A DNA stretch of 64,000 bases from the human T2T-CHM13v2.0 reference genome, Homo sapiens. The stretch lies in assembly GCF_009914755.1 (NCBI RefSeq), contig NC_060932.1. The stretch is one strand, 5' to 3'. The translations under genes and the position numbers were made by a program. The stretch's first letter is position 1. Each line of letters begins with the position of its first letter. Under the pieces are notes generated by a model. It did not search any database, had not been told where the DNA came from, and worked only from the letters and a program-made list of their open reading frames with translations. Shown piece by piece: positions 41,990 through 57,234 of the stretch.

Positions 41990-44900
41990 CTTGTATAACT
42001 CTTTTATGCTAGTTTAGACTTCAGCCTTTGGGGCTTTAGACATCTCTTAGCTTAAGAAGGCCAGGAAACCCTGACGGGCATTCATCCAAGACTGCATTCT
42101 GTGGGGAAGAAAAACTGAGGTTAACAAAAGAAGAACAAATTAATGTAAATTATAGGGAAGAAAACAAAAAAGAATTAGAAACAAAGAAAATTAAAAGCCA
42201 TAAGCAATAAGCTTCTAAATCTAGATTGAAAACCAAATTACAATCAATCTTGGTGATTGCCTAAATAATTAAAATAGATGAAAAACAAACAGTAACTTTT
42301 TTTAAGACTTATAAAGTCATATGCTTTTAAATTTCAGAATTCCAAAAGGACCGATGATATCAACAGCCAAGAAATGTTATAAAGAGTCTTTCTGGGAAAT
42401 TGGATGCACTAACAAAAAAATCTTAAGTGAGTAAATGGAATTGTCCACTGAAAGGAGACAATTTTATGATACACTCATATTCTTAGCTGTGGAGTAACTT
42501 TGAAAATACATTTGTGGTAAGAATTTCTAAGAACGTTATCGCTAAAGATGACAAAGTATGGCAACGTTAATGTGATACCCCACTACATAGTAAAGACAAA
42601 TCTTTCTCTATATTCATACTTTTGCTATATTCATACCACACTGCATTTAAGGAAATTTCATTACTAAGAGAAGGCAAGTTAAACAGAGAAGATCCAGAAA
42701 GAAATAAATGCATAGGGTTAGACCCCAGGAAAAGTGAGTGACTGCCTTATACATCCAAAGTTATTAGAAAATAAAGCATTTCACAGAAAGATGTCTAGAT
42801 TGATGAAAATTTCCCTATTCAGTGACCAAATTCTTAAATGGTTTTGGAGGAAAATTTAATAAACTGAATTACATTGCACTCACTTCTTCAAAATACTATA
42901 TCAAATAGAAAAACATTTTTGTTTGGTGACATGATTATTATGAATATGAATTATTGTATCATATTATAAAATAAGAAAGCCCTGAGGACTTACAAAGCAT
43001 TTGGAGTTTTTCACTGATCCCAGGTATCTACACTTTCAGAATTTTGCATCTGAATTTTAATATTCTTTTTTTCTTTTTGCTTTCTTCCTGTTGAGTTGCC
43101 ATTTATCTCTTCCTGTTATTGCTTGAATGCCTCAATGGCTGGTTACAACATTTTGGTGCCGTTATTTGCCAAGAGGCATTGTGTATAAGCTGGAGTCGAT
43201 AAGTAAAAAGTTAAAGCCACCTGTGGTAAAGTTTGTCGGCTTTCTAAGCAGTGCTATTTGCCAGCTATTTTAGATCCTCAGAAAATTTAATTTTCTCTCT
43301 CTCTCTCGTTAGCTCTTAGTCGTTTTTGTGTATCACACTTTGCCCTGCATACAGAGGCAGCCTCATGTTTAATGTCAAAGTATATACTATTTCATATGTG
43401 CGTATATATAATACATTTGCATACATGCTATACACATATAGATCTACAGTGTAAGGTACAAAGTATATAGTATGAAGAAGAAAAAGAGTTGTTAGTTTAC
43501 GATTTAATAATAGAAAGTTATACCTACATTTATATACTTGATTATGTAACAAGGAGACTGAGAATGAGAAAAATAAAGAAAAAGAAAATTTCAATATAGA
43601 AATTTCAGATGAATACAGTACTAATATTTAAATTCTGAAATTTCAACTATAAAAGAATTTCAATGTAAAGATTTAAAATTACTTTGAAAAATGTTGGCCC
43701 ATATTATATTCTATAGTACTTCCAAATTACATGGACTAAGATGTTTCAGCCATAAAAATTTAGTGCCTTGGAGCAAACAGATGACTAACACAATTTACGA
43801 TATTTAGAGAATTTCCTTTAGATAATAATCGTGACTCACTTGAAGCCAGAAACCAGCCTTGTTTATCTTCATCTCTTTTGCCACATCTAGCCTACCATTG
43901 CACATAGAAAGAAGATACTCAAAAAAGGCTATTTGAAAGAATGACTGTCATCCTTGGACAAACTCAAAACCTATAGCTGGCTGCCTGGCTAAACAGATGA
44001 ATATATGCGTGGACATATAAATAGGTATATTAGGAAAAAATTCTTCATTAGCTATTCAATCAATTATAAACAAAAACACTTCATTCCTTCCAAAGATATT
44101 TATAGAGTCATTAAATAAATAGGTCAATAAGAAAGTCTATGCCCTGAAGAGGATTACAGTTCCTTTGAAGAACGCAATATACATTACGATATCTAAGGCT
44201 TGTTTATTTCTGTAATATTCGGCATTACAGCTACTTAAAATGTCAAATAAAACTGAAATGTATAAAATTTTGTAATATTATTTTTTACATTTATTACTTC
44301 CTTTCATTCAGAATAGTTGGTGTAGTTTGTAAACTCTAAAGTACAGTTTCACTTCTAATTATTTTCTGCTTTAAAAGACCAAAACCCTCATAAAAAAGAT
44401 AAAATATGACTTGGCAAAGGTTATAAAGTCAATCTTTGATAAATCTAAAATTAAATATATTTCAGTGTTTTACATTCAGAATTAAACTTCTATTCTGCTC
44501 ATTAATTCATGTATTCATTCACCAAGTGCACTGATAACTCCAGTGCATTTTTAAATGATGGCAAATTTGTGCCTATGTTCTCTACATTAACTCTGTACAT
44601 TCTGATTTTGTGAATAACTGGATTCAAAATCTTCATTCTGTTATTCCAAGCTATTAGATATCTGATTACCACAAAAAGTCCAATGATCAAGTGGTTCTAT
44701 TTTTAAAACGACTAAGGCAAGAAGTGCAAAAGTTTATGTGGTTAGGCTATATAGTCTGATAAACTGTTATCAAAATGAATTATTAAATAATTAACTGTAT
44801 TATTGCCTAGAAACTAATAAGAGATGACAGTTGTACTTTCCTGCAGTAACAAATATTTTCCCAAGCATAACATTAATCTAACTTGTTATCTCTAGTTTAA

Positions 44901-45427
44901 TATCTGTGTTCTCTACTAGACTGTAAGCCCCACAAGAGCAGGGAGTATTAATACTGTTTGACACTTTATGCTCAATACAACACAAAAGTGTCTAACACAT
45001 AATGGTCAACCCAACAAATATTAGTTGAATGGAATAAAACTGAATAGGTGAAGCAGTGTAGAAGTCCCTTCATTTGTTAAAAATATAACAAGAAACAGTT
45101 ACATATATGGGAAATTAAAACCATATCAAAAGAAATTAAAATCCCTCTATATTTTACATATGTGTTATGTATGTATAAATATGGATATAAATATATGTGT
45201 GCATGTGCTCATTTTGATGCCATATCGACATTGTCATAGTTTAAATGCTAAGAATGCAATAGTAATAATAATGGCAATAATAAAATAATATAGATAAAAA
45301 TTTACTGAGTCCTAAGTATGTGTTAGGAACTATGTGCTTTACATGTATTAATTTATTTAATTTTCACAACGCTCTAGTAGGTAAATACAATTTTATCCAC
45401 ATTTTACAGAGAAGAAAACAGCCTAAT

Positions 45428-45429
45428 TC

Positions 45430-45462
<33 letters not shown>

Positions 45463-45744
45463 TTGAGACACGGTTACACTCTGTCACCCAGGCTGGAGAG
45501 CAGTGGGGCAATCTCACTCACTGCAACCTCTGCCTCCCGGGTTCAAGCGATTCTCCTGCCTCAGCCTCCTGAGTAGCTGGGATTACAGGCATGCACCACC
45601 ATGCCCAGCTACTTTTTGTATTATTAGTAGAGAAAGGGTTTCACCATGTTGGCCCAGCTGGTCTCGAACTCCTGACCTCAAGTGATCCTCCTGCCTTGAC
45701 CTCCCAAAGTGCTGGGATTACAGGTGTGAGCCACCACTCCAGGC
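45428..45744 (-). mobile_element. Alu (AluS-like), antisense
   Basis: Full dimer, TSD cagcctaattct. Confidence 0.92.
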
Positions 45745-47339
45745 TGGAAGCAGCCTAATTCTGTAGGTACTATAAAATAAATGGAAAGCAATGTCACCTT
45801 TATAGTTTAAACAGCTCCTCATATGACTACAGAAAAGGAAGGAAGAAAGGAAGAAAAGGAAGGAGGAACAGAAATTCCTGGCCAGAAGTTGTTAAATACA
45901 CATCAGTACAGACCATTCAGTCAGAAATTAGGTTGTACCACCTGTTACAGGAAGACAAGGAAGTTTCATTGGGTGTGGCTCTGTAGTATATACACTACAG
46001 TGTATGCCACTGATGAGTAATTCTTTTTAACTTCAGATACGCTTTTTGTATTGCATAGAATGGACAGAAATGACTTAGTAAGCAGAAAATGGCAAGTTGC
46101 TCTTATTCCAGGATTTCAGATAGGCTAAAGAATTTCACAGAATCAAGCTAAAATTAGGAATAGCAGATGGAAAATAGAAGATTCTATCACAGGAAAAGGT
46201 AAAGCATGGCGGATCTATCCATTACCCTTTATGAAATGAAAACTCAGTATCTCCTGATACAAAATGGAAATCAAGTTCTGAAGGTGACTAACCCACAAGC
46301 CAAATAATGGCGATAGCTGGCAGTGACAGCTTTGCATGCCATCTTGAGGAGAAAATAACATTGAGGTATTAAATATAATTATAGATACATATGTATATTG
46401 ATATAATATATAGTAAGTTTCTTTTTATATAAAATGAATCGATATAATTTCTTGGTCTCTTCAAATAAGCCAGGTGCCAGGTGGAGCACTTTTCATTGAC
46501 CATCTAATTTAAGACTCCTAACATACTTTAATGATGTGTTATCATTTCCTCCTTGTATAGATGGGGAAGTGGAAGTTAATAAGCTATCCAAGCTTACATA
46601 TCAAAGCAGAGAGTGTCATCTCAACATAGATAGTACCCATCTGATTCTAGTATCCACACTATTTCACTGCTCCTTACCCTTTTGTGGAAGCTAAGCTGCA
46701 TTTGATAAGGACACATCAGTAGCTGGCCCAAATTCAAATATTGTAGAGGTTGAGGAGGAGGCACGGAAATAAGGCAGCAGATGACTGACATTGGTGGGGC
46801 TTGAGCTAATAAGAGGCCCACCTGGGGCCGTGTGTGACGGCCGGGCCACGTGTGACAGCTATTTGGGAGACTGAACTGCGGGAACTTTACACCCTTTAGA
46901 TGTACAGTGATGGTAAAGGGGGAAACGAGGCCAATCCTTACCTCCTTGGTGTAAGCAGTGAGCAACTGTGCGTCCTAAAAAATGCACAAAGATTTCGGGA
47001 AGTGGTTTATTAATTATTTCTAGTAAGAAATTGTTGAGTTTGAGATACCTGCCATTCGGTTGGAGATACCCAGGAGGCAGATAGATATGAAAGAGTAAAT
47101 CTCAGGAGAGGGATTAGTTCCATGGAAAAAGATAGTGAGAGTTGTAGCTCCAGGTAGTGGTGGTGGGAGGATGAGGGTTATTAAATGTGGCTGAGTATGT
47201 ATGGAGTGGAAAAAATAGAAAACTAAGGTGAGGAACCCTAGAAATCACCAACATCTACAGAGCTCTGCCATGCTTCCTGAGGTCAAGGCTTGATTTCTTC
47301 AAGACATTCATAACTGTATGATCTTAATTATTGAACAGC

Positions 47340-47580
47340 TTTTATAATGATAAATTATTTTTCAATTCCAATAAAACATTATTTGGATAAATATAATATA
47401 TAAATATAATAAAACATAAGTTTATAAGTAATATATTAATACAATAAATATATATCATATAGAAATTATATATAATAAAATATATAAATATAAACTGCAT
47501 GGTATAAATAAGTAAATTTAATATAATTTAATGTAATAAATAATATAATGTACAGATATAAAATAAATATAAAATGAGAA
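47340..47580. repeat. AT-rich low-complexity tract
   Basis: Nearly pure A/T. Confidence 0.85.
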
Positions 47581-47689
47581 CATAGGTTATCAAAAATTAC
47601 TCTTATAGACCTGACATTTATGTGATTGCCCTATTTATTAAGTGACCTTGTTAAAATAAAACTAGAATAATGCTGTGTGTACTTAGTTT

Positions 47690-50250
47690 GTGTTATAATT
47701 TTTATTTGCTTATTGAGGTTAGATTAATATACATTAAAATATACCTATTTTAGGAATGCAGTTCAATGATCTTTGGCCAGTGTGCAATCTGTGTATCTAC
47801 CATGCTTGTCAAGATATAGCGTAGTTTTATTTACCCAGCAACTTTCCTCATGACCCTTTCCAATCAATATCTCCAACCTACGGAAAACCCTGTTTTGATT
47901 TCTAGCACTGTGGACTCGTTTTGCCTGCTCTAGTACTTTATAGAAATGAAACCACCTAGAATGTACTCTTCTGTCCTGCTTGCTTTGATCAGCATTAGTT
48001 TTTGGAGAGTTATCCATTTAGTTATGTGTATCAGTAGTTTACGTTGCTAAGTAGTATCACAGTTTGTTTATCTGTTCCCCTTCTGATAGATATCTGGGTT
48101 GTTTTCAATTTGGGGCTATTATGAGAAAATCTTCTCTGAACATTTTTACAAGCTTCATATGTTTTCATTTCTCTTGGGTAAACACCTAAGCACATGACTG
48201 GTAACCCATCAGCAGTACATCTGTAAAGTATATTTTACTTTATTAGAAATATCTTAAACATTATCTAAAGTGGTTTGTTCCATTTTAGACTTCCATTAGC
48301 AATGTATGTGAGTTCCAGCTTGCTGTTTATCCTTGCAAATATTTGGGGTTGTCAATCATTTTAATTTAGTCATTCTAACGCATGTGAGTTATTTATCTTT
48401 TTTGTTTTAATTTGCATTTCCTCGATGGCTAATAATGTTAAACATCTTTTCATGTGCTTTTTGGCCATTTTTGTGCCTTTTGTGAAATGTGTGTTTAAAA
48501 CTTTTGCCCACGTTTTGAAATTGGATTTTTTTAATTACTAAATTTTAGGAATTCTTTACATATTCTGCATACAAGTTACTTGTCAGGTATATGTTATATA
48601 GATATTTTCTCCCAATACCTTACTTTTCTTAAATTTCTTTAGTAGTGACTTTGAAAAGCCAAAATTTAAAATTTCGATGAAATGTGATTTATCCTTTTTT
48701 TAATTATTAGTGCTTCAGATGTCCTCTCTAAGGAATCTTTGCCTATCACAAGGTAGTAATAATAGTCTCTTATGTCTTCTAAAAACTTTATAGTTTTAGC
48801 TTTTACACCTGAAACTATGATCAATCTCAAAATGATGTTACGTAGAAGTTAAGAGTCATTTTACCAAATAGAAGTGTCTAATTTTCCCAACATCACTTAT
48901 TTTCATAAAAGCCTTTCCTTATTATTTGTATTAGCACTTTTACTGAAAATCAGATGTATATGTGGATCTATTTCTGGATTTTCTATTTTGTTCCATTATC
49001 TCTTTGTCCATCCTTAAAGCAGTATCACACTATCTTAATTACTGTAGCTTCATAGTAAGTCTAAAATCAGCTAGTGTATGTCTTCCAACTTTATTTTTCT
49101 TTTAAAGTTTATCAATTTTAAGTCCTTTTAATTTCCATATGTATTTAAAATTAGATTGTCATTTTTAACAACAACAACAACAAAAAGAAACCTTGCTGGA
49201 ATTTTGACTGGGATTATATTGAATCCATTTATTAGTCAATTTGAGAAGAATTGACTCCTTAATGTATTTATTTAGACTTTTACTTTTTGTCAGTGTTTCA
49301 TAGTTTACATTATAGCAGTCTTGGGCATATTTCTTAGATTTATCTGGAAATATTTTGCATTTTTTAACTCTATAGTAAAACATATATTTTATAAATTACA
49401 TTTTACAACTGTTCATTACTAATATATAAAAATATAAAATGATTTTTATCTTGATTTTGTATCCTGTATCCTTGCTAAATTTAGTTAGTGCTAGTAGATG
49501 TATATGTCCCTTCTATATTCTAAATATCCCTTAGGATTTTCTATGTTCAAAGCATCATCTGTGAATCAAAAGTTTTATTCCTTCTTTTCTAATCTGTATG
49601 CCTTTAATTTCTATTTCTTCCCTTAGTGCTCTTGCTAGGGCTTCCAAAGTAATGTTGAATAGTAGTGGCAAGACCAGGCAACCTTTCTTTGATCCTCATT
49701 TTAAGGGGAAAGCACTCAATATTTCATGATTAAGTATAATATTAACTGTCATCAGAATGAGGAAATTCCTTTCTTTCAATGTTGCATGTCAAGTTTACAT
49801 GTCAAGGTTTTGCTGGCCTCAGAAAACAGGTTAGGAAGTGTTCCTTCCTCCTCTATTATCTGGAAGAATTTTTATAATATTCGTTCTGTTTCTTCCATAT
49901 GTATTTCATTAAGTTTACCAAATTCTCCCACCAAATGGGCCAGAACTTTCCCTGTGGGAAGGTTTTTACTTACAAATTTATTATTAAATATCTTCATTAT
50001 AGATGAGTTCTTCAAATTATCTGTTTATTTTTACATTAGTTTTGATGTTATATTTTTCAAAAAAAAAAGTTAATTTTATCTAACTTTTCAAATGTATTGC
50101 CAAAAATTTTTTCAGTGTATTCCCTTTCTTATCATTTTTTATTCTGGAAGAGATGCAGTCATTGTCTGCCTTTCCTAATATTAGCATTTATATTTCATCT
50201 CTCTTGTTTTTCTTGATTAGTCTTGCTAGCGGTTTATCAGTGCTTTCTGA
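47690..50250 (-). mobile_element. Old L1M (L1ME-like) 3' fragment
   Basis: Degenerate antisense L1 phrases such as tttaatttgcatttcctcgatggctaataatgttaaacatcttttcatgtgc and ttgtatcctgtatccttgctaaat. Confidence 0.75.
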
Positions 50251-50258
50251 AAAACCAA

Positions 50259-52067
50259 ATTTGGTTTTCTGTTCCTGCATTTGTTTGCTGAGGATAACGG
50301 TTTCAAGCTCCATCCATATCCCTGCAAAGGACATGATCTTGTTCCTTTTTACGGCTGCATAGTATTCCATGGTATATCTGTACCATATTTTCTTTATCCA
50401 GTCTACCACTGAAGGGCATTTAGGTTGATTCTATATCTTTGCTATTGTGAATTGTGCTGTGATGGACATATGTGTGCATGTGTCTTTGTGGTAGAATGAT
50501 TTGTATTCCTTTGGGTATATATCCAATAATGGAATTGCTGGGTCAAATAATTCTGTTTTGAGTTCTTTTAGAAATTGCCAAATAGCTTTCTGCAATGGTT
50601 GAACTAATATACATTCTCAGCAGCAATGCATAAGTGTTCCCTTTTCTGCACAACCTCACCAGCATGTTTTTTACTTTTTAGCAGCCATTTTGAATGGTGT
50701 GAGATGGTACCTCATTGTGATTTTGATTTGCATTTCTTCAATGATTAGTGATGTTGAGCTTTTTTTCACATGTTGGTTGGCCACATGAATGTCTTCTTTT
50801 GAGAAGTGTCTGTTCATGTCCTTTGCCCACTTTTTAGTGGGGTTGATTTTTTTTCTTGTAAATCTGCTTAACTTCCTTATAGACTCTGGATATTAGACTT
50901 TTGTCAGATGGATACATTGCAAAAATTTTCTCTCATTCTGTAGGTTGTTTCTTCACTTTGATTATTGATAGGTTTCTTTTTTTTTTCTTTTTTTGCCGTG
51001 CAGAAACTCTTTAGTTTAATTAGGTCCCATTTGTCAATTTTTGCTTTTGTTGCAATTGCTTTTGGCGTTTTCATCATTAAATCATTGCCAGTGCCTATGT
51101 CCTGAATGGTATTGCCTAGATTTTCTTCTAGGGTTTTTAGAGTTTGGGGTTTTACATTTATGTCTGTAACCCACCTTGAGTTAATTTTTGTATAAGCTGT
51201 CAGGAAAGAGTCCAGTTTCAATTTTCTGCTTATGGCTAGCCAGTTCTCCTAGCACCATTTATTAAATAGGGAATACTTTCCCCCATTGATCATTTTTGCC
51301 AGGTTTGTTGAGGACCAGATGGTTGTAGGTGCACAGTCTTATTTCTGAATTCTCTGTCTGTTGCATTGGTCTATGTGCCTGTTTTCATACCAGTACCATG
51401 CTGTTTTCGTTACCATAGCCCTGTTGTATATTTGAAGTCAGGTAGTGTGATGCCGTCACCTCCAGCTTTGCTCTTTTTGCTCAGGATTGTCTTGGTTATA
51501 TGGGCTCTTTTTTGTTCCATTTGAACTGTAAAATATTAAAAAAAAATTCTGTGAAGAATGTTAATGGTAGTTTAATGGGAATAGCATTGAATCTATAAAT
51601 TACTTTGGGCAGTATGACCATTTTCACGATATTGATTCTTCCTATCCATGAATATGAAATGCTTTTCCACTTGTCTGTGTCCTCTCTGATTTCCTTGAGC
51701 AGTGGTTTGTAGCTGTCCTTGAAGAGGTCCTCCACTTCCCTTGTTAGCTGTATTCCTAGGTATTTTATTCTTTGTAGCAATTGTGAATGGGAGTTCAGTC
51801 ATGATTTGGTTCTCTGCTTGCCTGTTGTTGGTGTATAAAAATGCTAGTGATTTTTTCACATTGATTTTGTATCCTGAGACTTTGCTGAAGTTGCTTATCA
51901 GCTTAAGAAGCTTTTAGGCTGAGATTGTAGGGTTTTCTAGATATAGAATTATGTCATCTGCAAATTAAGATAATTTGACTTCCCCTCTTCTTATTTGAAT
52001 ACTGTTTATTTCTTTCTCTTGCCTAATTGCCCTGGCCAGAACTTCCAATACTATGTTGAATAGGAGT
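50259..52067 (-). mobile_element. L1PA ORF2 fragment, antisense, lacking the 3' UTR
   Basis: ORFs 50188..50409, 50904..51221 and 51496..51780 are L1 ORF2 C-terminal pieces. Confidence 0.92.
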
Positions 52068-54091
52068 TCACCACACCTTTTCAATATAGTACTGGAAGTT
52101 CTGGCCAGGGCATTCAGGCAAGAGAAAGAAATTAAACGCATTCAAATAGGAAGATAGGAAGTCAAACTACCTTGTTTGCAGATAATATGATTCTATATCT
52201 AGAAAGTCCCATAGTCTCTGCCCAAAATCTTCATGATCTGATAAACAACTTCAGCAAAGTTTCAGTATTACAAAATCAATGTACAAAAATCAGGAGCATT
52301 CCTATACACCAAAAACATCCAAGCTGAGAGCCAGCCACAGAAATAATAAAACACCTAGGAATATAGCTAAACAGGGAGGTGAAAGATCACTACAACAAGA
52401 ATTACAAAACACTACTCAAAGAAATCAGAGATTATACAAGCAAGTGGAAAAAAGTTCCATACTCATGGATAGGAAGTATCAATATTGTTAAAATGGACAC
52501 ATTTCCCAAAGCAATTTATAGCTTCAATGCTATTCTTATCAAACTACCAATGACATTCTTCACAGAAGTAGAAAATCTAATTTAAAATACATATGGAACA
52601 AGAAAAAAATGTCTGAATAGCCAAAGCAATCCTAAACAAAAAGAACAGAGCTGGGGGCATCAAGCTACCTGACTTCAAACTATACTACAAGGCTACAGTA
52701 ACCAAAACAACATGACACTCATACAAAAACAGAAACATAGACTGCTGGAACAGAATAGAGAGCCCAGAAATAATGCTGCACACCTACAATCATCTTATCT
52801 TCGACAAAGTTGACAAAAACAAGTAATGAGGAAAGAATTCCCTATCCAATAAATGGTGCTGGAATAACCGGGTAGCCACATGCAAAAGGCTGAAACTGGA
52901 CCCCTTCTTTACACCACATATAAAAATCAATTCAACACGGATTAAAGATTTAAATTCAAACCCTAAAACTAAAAGAACCCTGAAGATAGCCTAGGGAATA
53001 GCATTCTGGACTTAGGACCAAGGAAAGGTTTCTTGACAAAGGCACCAAAAACAATTGCAACAGAAAGAAAAATTGACAAATGGGACCTAATTAAATTAAA
53101 CAGCTTCTGCCAGCAAAAGAAACTATCAACACAGTAAACAGACAACCTACAGAATGGGAGAAAATATTTGCAAACTATGCATCTAACAAAGGCCTAATAT
53201 CCAGAATCTGTAAGGAACTCAAACAAATTCAGAAGCAAAAAACAACCCTATTAAAAATTGGGCCAAGGACATGAACAGGCACTTTTCAAAAGAAGACATA
53301 TACACAGCCAACAAAGATATGAGAAAATGCTCAACATCACTAATCATTAGAGAAATGCAAATAAAAACCACAATGAAATATGATCTCACACCAGTCAGTA
53401 TGGCTATTATTAAAAAATAAAAAAACAGATGCTGGTGAGGTTTTGGAGAAAAGGGAATGCTTATACACTGCAAATAGGAACATAAATTAGTTGAGCAACT
53501 GTGGAAAGCAGTTTGGATATTTCTGAAATAACTTAAAATAGAATTTCCATTCAACCCAGCAATCCCATTTTTGGGTATACATCCAAAGAAATATAAAACA
53601 TTCTACCATAAAGACACATGCACGTGTATGTTCATTGTAGCACTATTCACAATATCAAAGACATGAAATTCCATCAACGGTAGCCTGGACAAAGAAAATG
53701 TGATACATATACAACATGAAATACTATGCAGCCACAAAAAAAGAATGAGATCATGTCTTTTGCAGCAATATGGATAGAGCTGGAGACCATTGTCCTAAAC
53801 GAACTAACACAGGAACACAAAACCAAATACTGCACGTTCTCACTTATAAGTGAGAGCTAAACATCGAGTACACATGGATATAAAGAAAGGGACAATTGAT
53901 ACCATGGCCTACTTGAGGGTGGAGGGTGGGAAGAGGGTGAGGATTGAAAAATAACCTATCCAGTACTATGCTGATTACCTAGCTGACAAAATAACCTGTA
54001 CACCAAACACCTGCAAGATGCAATTTATCTATTTAACAAAGCTGCACATCTACCCCTGAACCTAAAATAAAAGTTAAAAATAATAATAAAA
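52068..54091 (+). mobile_element. 5'-truncated older L1PA/L1PB (L1PA15/16-like 3' end)
   Basis: ORF2 fragment 52379..52585. 3' UTR ends cccctgaacctaaaataaaagttaaaaa. Confidence 0.9.
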
Positions 54092-56228
54092 TACATTTTA
54101 AAAGGGGGAGTAAAAAGGATGTATACTTGCATGTGTGTCAGGAGGTAGGCATGAACAATTACTAGCAAATATACATTTGTTTTAAAATGAGCACCTACAA
54201 TTGGTACAAGTATTTCCAATAATCTGAGGATATCAGCTAATATTAAACTTGTTCAATTTTTTTTAAACTTAGAATGTAATTGATATGGTGAGAAAGTTGC
54301 CTTGTTGGTCCAACCACTGTTAGACAAGGCTAAGCAGAACCAAAAGCTTTCCTTTCTACCTGCATGCAACACCATGTGCCTCTTCCCTCAGTTTTCTGCA
54401 TTTAATTCTTTTTTACATCTACTTTAATCTATTCTAACTCTTAAATGATGTAAAGGTTGACCCACTAACATTTCTGCATTGCTCCTCTTTCCAATGTACA
54501 CTAAATACCTGTGTTCATAGATGTTACTAGCATCTGCTTCACTGAATCAACTGCATGGCTGAAAAAGAATTTGTAGGATGAGAGAGGGAGTTTTCTAATC
54601 TTTGGTCTCAAATGATAACACACACAGTAAAGTACATGGCTTTGATCCAACCCTCTTTATATATACATTATGTATTTTTACTTCCTTGTGTCAAGAAACA
54701 AGTAATGCTTTACCAAGAATGTAGACTAACTGGTTTGATTAGTTTTATTTCATTTTAAAAATATTAATGAAAAGGAACAGAAAGCAAATGTTTAATTTTA
54801 GTTTCACAAAAACCTACATGTGTAATGTTAACATCTGTTGAACACTGAAAAATACATTAATGAACAGCTATTTCATTAAAGATAAAAAAGGGAAACAATA
54901 GCTTAAAATAAGCCTGTGTTATATCAATACACACTCTGATTAAGAAAATATTTTTATTACTAACCTATTGCATTTGGCTTATGTGATTTTCTGCATCAGT
55001 TAGTTTTGTGACTAAATATTTCTCATGTATTTTTCTCACCAAAATACTTTTATAAAGCATATATTTTAGGAATTTTTATTTTCCTGTAAATTTAAGAATT
55101 AAAGTCCCAAAAAGAAGGAAAGAAAGCCCTTATATTGTGAGTATTGCTCTTCTTCTGTATTTTCTTGACAAATCACCATCCTGTTAATATGTGTAAAGTA
55201 CCTATTATGTGTGTGGTTTTTCTAGTTAATATGCACATTATTCTGAGATACCAAGCATATAAAAATGATAAGACACAGTCCAGCTTGGAACATACTTTTA
55301 AAAGGAAAAAAAAATCTATTAGCTATTTTTAAATATTTATTTTTTATCTGAAAATCAACAGATTCACTTATTATATGGTGTTCAGTGAAACTTAAAAATT
55401 TAAATAATACACATATGTCAAGGCAACACTTTCCCCTACTCAAGGACCATAATTAAACTGAACTTATTTATAGGATGAACAGCTCATTCAGGTTTGCCCA
55501 AGAATGTACCAGTTTTAAAGGTGAGGTCTTATATCCTGAAAACTCCCTCAATCCTGCACAAGTTGGAACAGGTGGTCACCCGACTTACACATGACCAGAT
55601 CCAGGAAAGTTCAATTTAAAAAATACAAAGGGAGTTTCTCATATATGCTTAGCACTCTGCTAGGAATAGCAGGGAATAGTATGTGAACTAACCCATATCT
55701 CAAACTAAAAGCTTGATCTTACAAGGTAACACATATAGTTAAATACTATGTTTTAGTTTTATTTATCTCTTTATTTGAAAAAGCAATAAGAAATTTCAAT
55801 GCCTTATACCACTGAAACAACAAAAAAATGCAAACCTTCAAATCATCCAGTTCTCAGGGGCAATCCCTACAGTAGTCATTTCAGTCTTGTAGTACCACAT
55901 TCTAGGCTAGTCATGCTAGAAATGTCAGTTGAACACAAGCACTTTATAATTACTGAGGGAACAATAACTTTGAATTAGTTCACCTTGGGGTTTTGTACCT
56001 ATATTTTTAAGCCACAGTGTGAATTAATATCTGTTTTCATACTAATTTACAGTAAATGTTTCAGGACATGAAGGAAAGTTATTCTATCTTTTGCTTCTTC
56101 AAAAATGTTGCCACTAAAGTAATTTGGAACCTAAAGCAAACACTTTAACTCAATCCAAGTGTGTTATATTTCCCTTTTATGTAACTAAGATAAAAACTGG
56201 TGAGCTTTGGCTTACCATTGGCTTTTGA

Positions 56229-56535
<307 letters not shown>

Positions 56536-57234
56536 CAAATTTGCACTAGTTTATTGACTGAAGGAAGTGAGCTCTTCATTTCAATTGGGCCACTCAGAGC
56601 TTCATATTCATATTTTTCTGTTTTTGTGGTTTTTCTAGACAATAGATTTTGATATTATTTAATACTGAATTTGTGATAAAATACCTAGCCAAAATAGAAG
56701 CAGCAAATCTTTGAATAGTCACTGATAATTATCTTAGGTCTTCAATGAAGAGTTGCTAAGGAAATACTCCAAGCAAAATAATTTTATTTACTAAGGTTAT
56801 TAAGATTCTTATAAATAATAAATAACATTTATTCATTCTCACTCTGGGATAGCGTATCTACACTTGATTATCTCATAGACATCTCAGATTTAACATGTCC
56901 AAAAATAATAGCTCATTTTCTTTTTTCTCAAACCAGTCCTCCTTTCTCCTCCTGTCCTCTCCTCTTCTCTGTAAATGGCATGGTCATCCCATCTGCCTAA
57001 GCCAAAAGCCTAGGATTCTGTCATGAGTCCCACTTTCTCCTCTCCATTCCCTTGTGCTAATTGCCATCAAGACCTCTTTATCTTACCTTGAATATCTGGA
57101 ATCTATGTCCTTCTCTCCATCGCCACTCATACCACCTTAGACCAAACTACCAGTGTTCCTTTTCTGAATCAATAGCCTCCTAACCATGTACCCTCCACTC
57201 TTGCCCATTTTAAATCCACACAGTGTTAAAAGTA

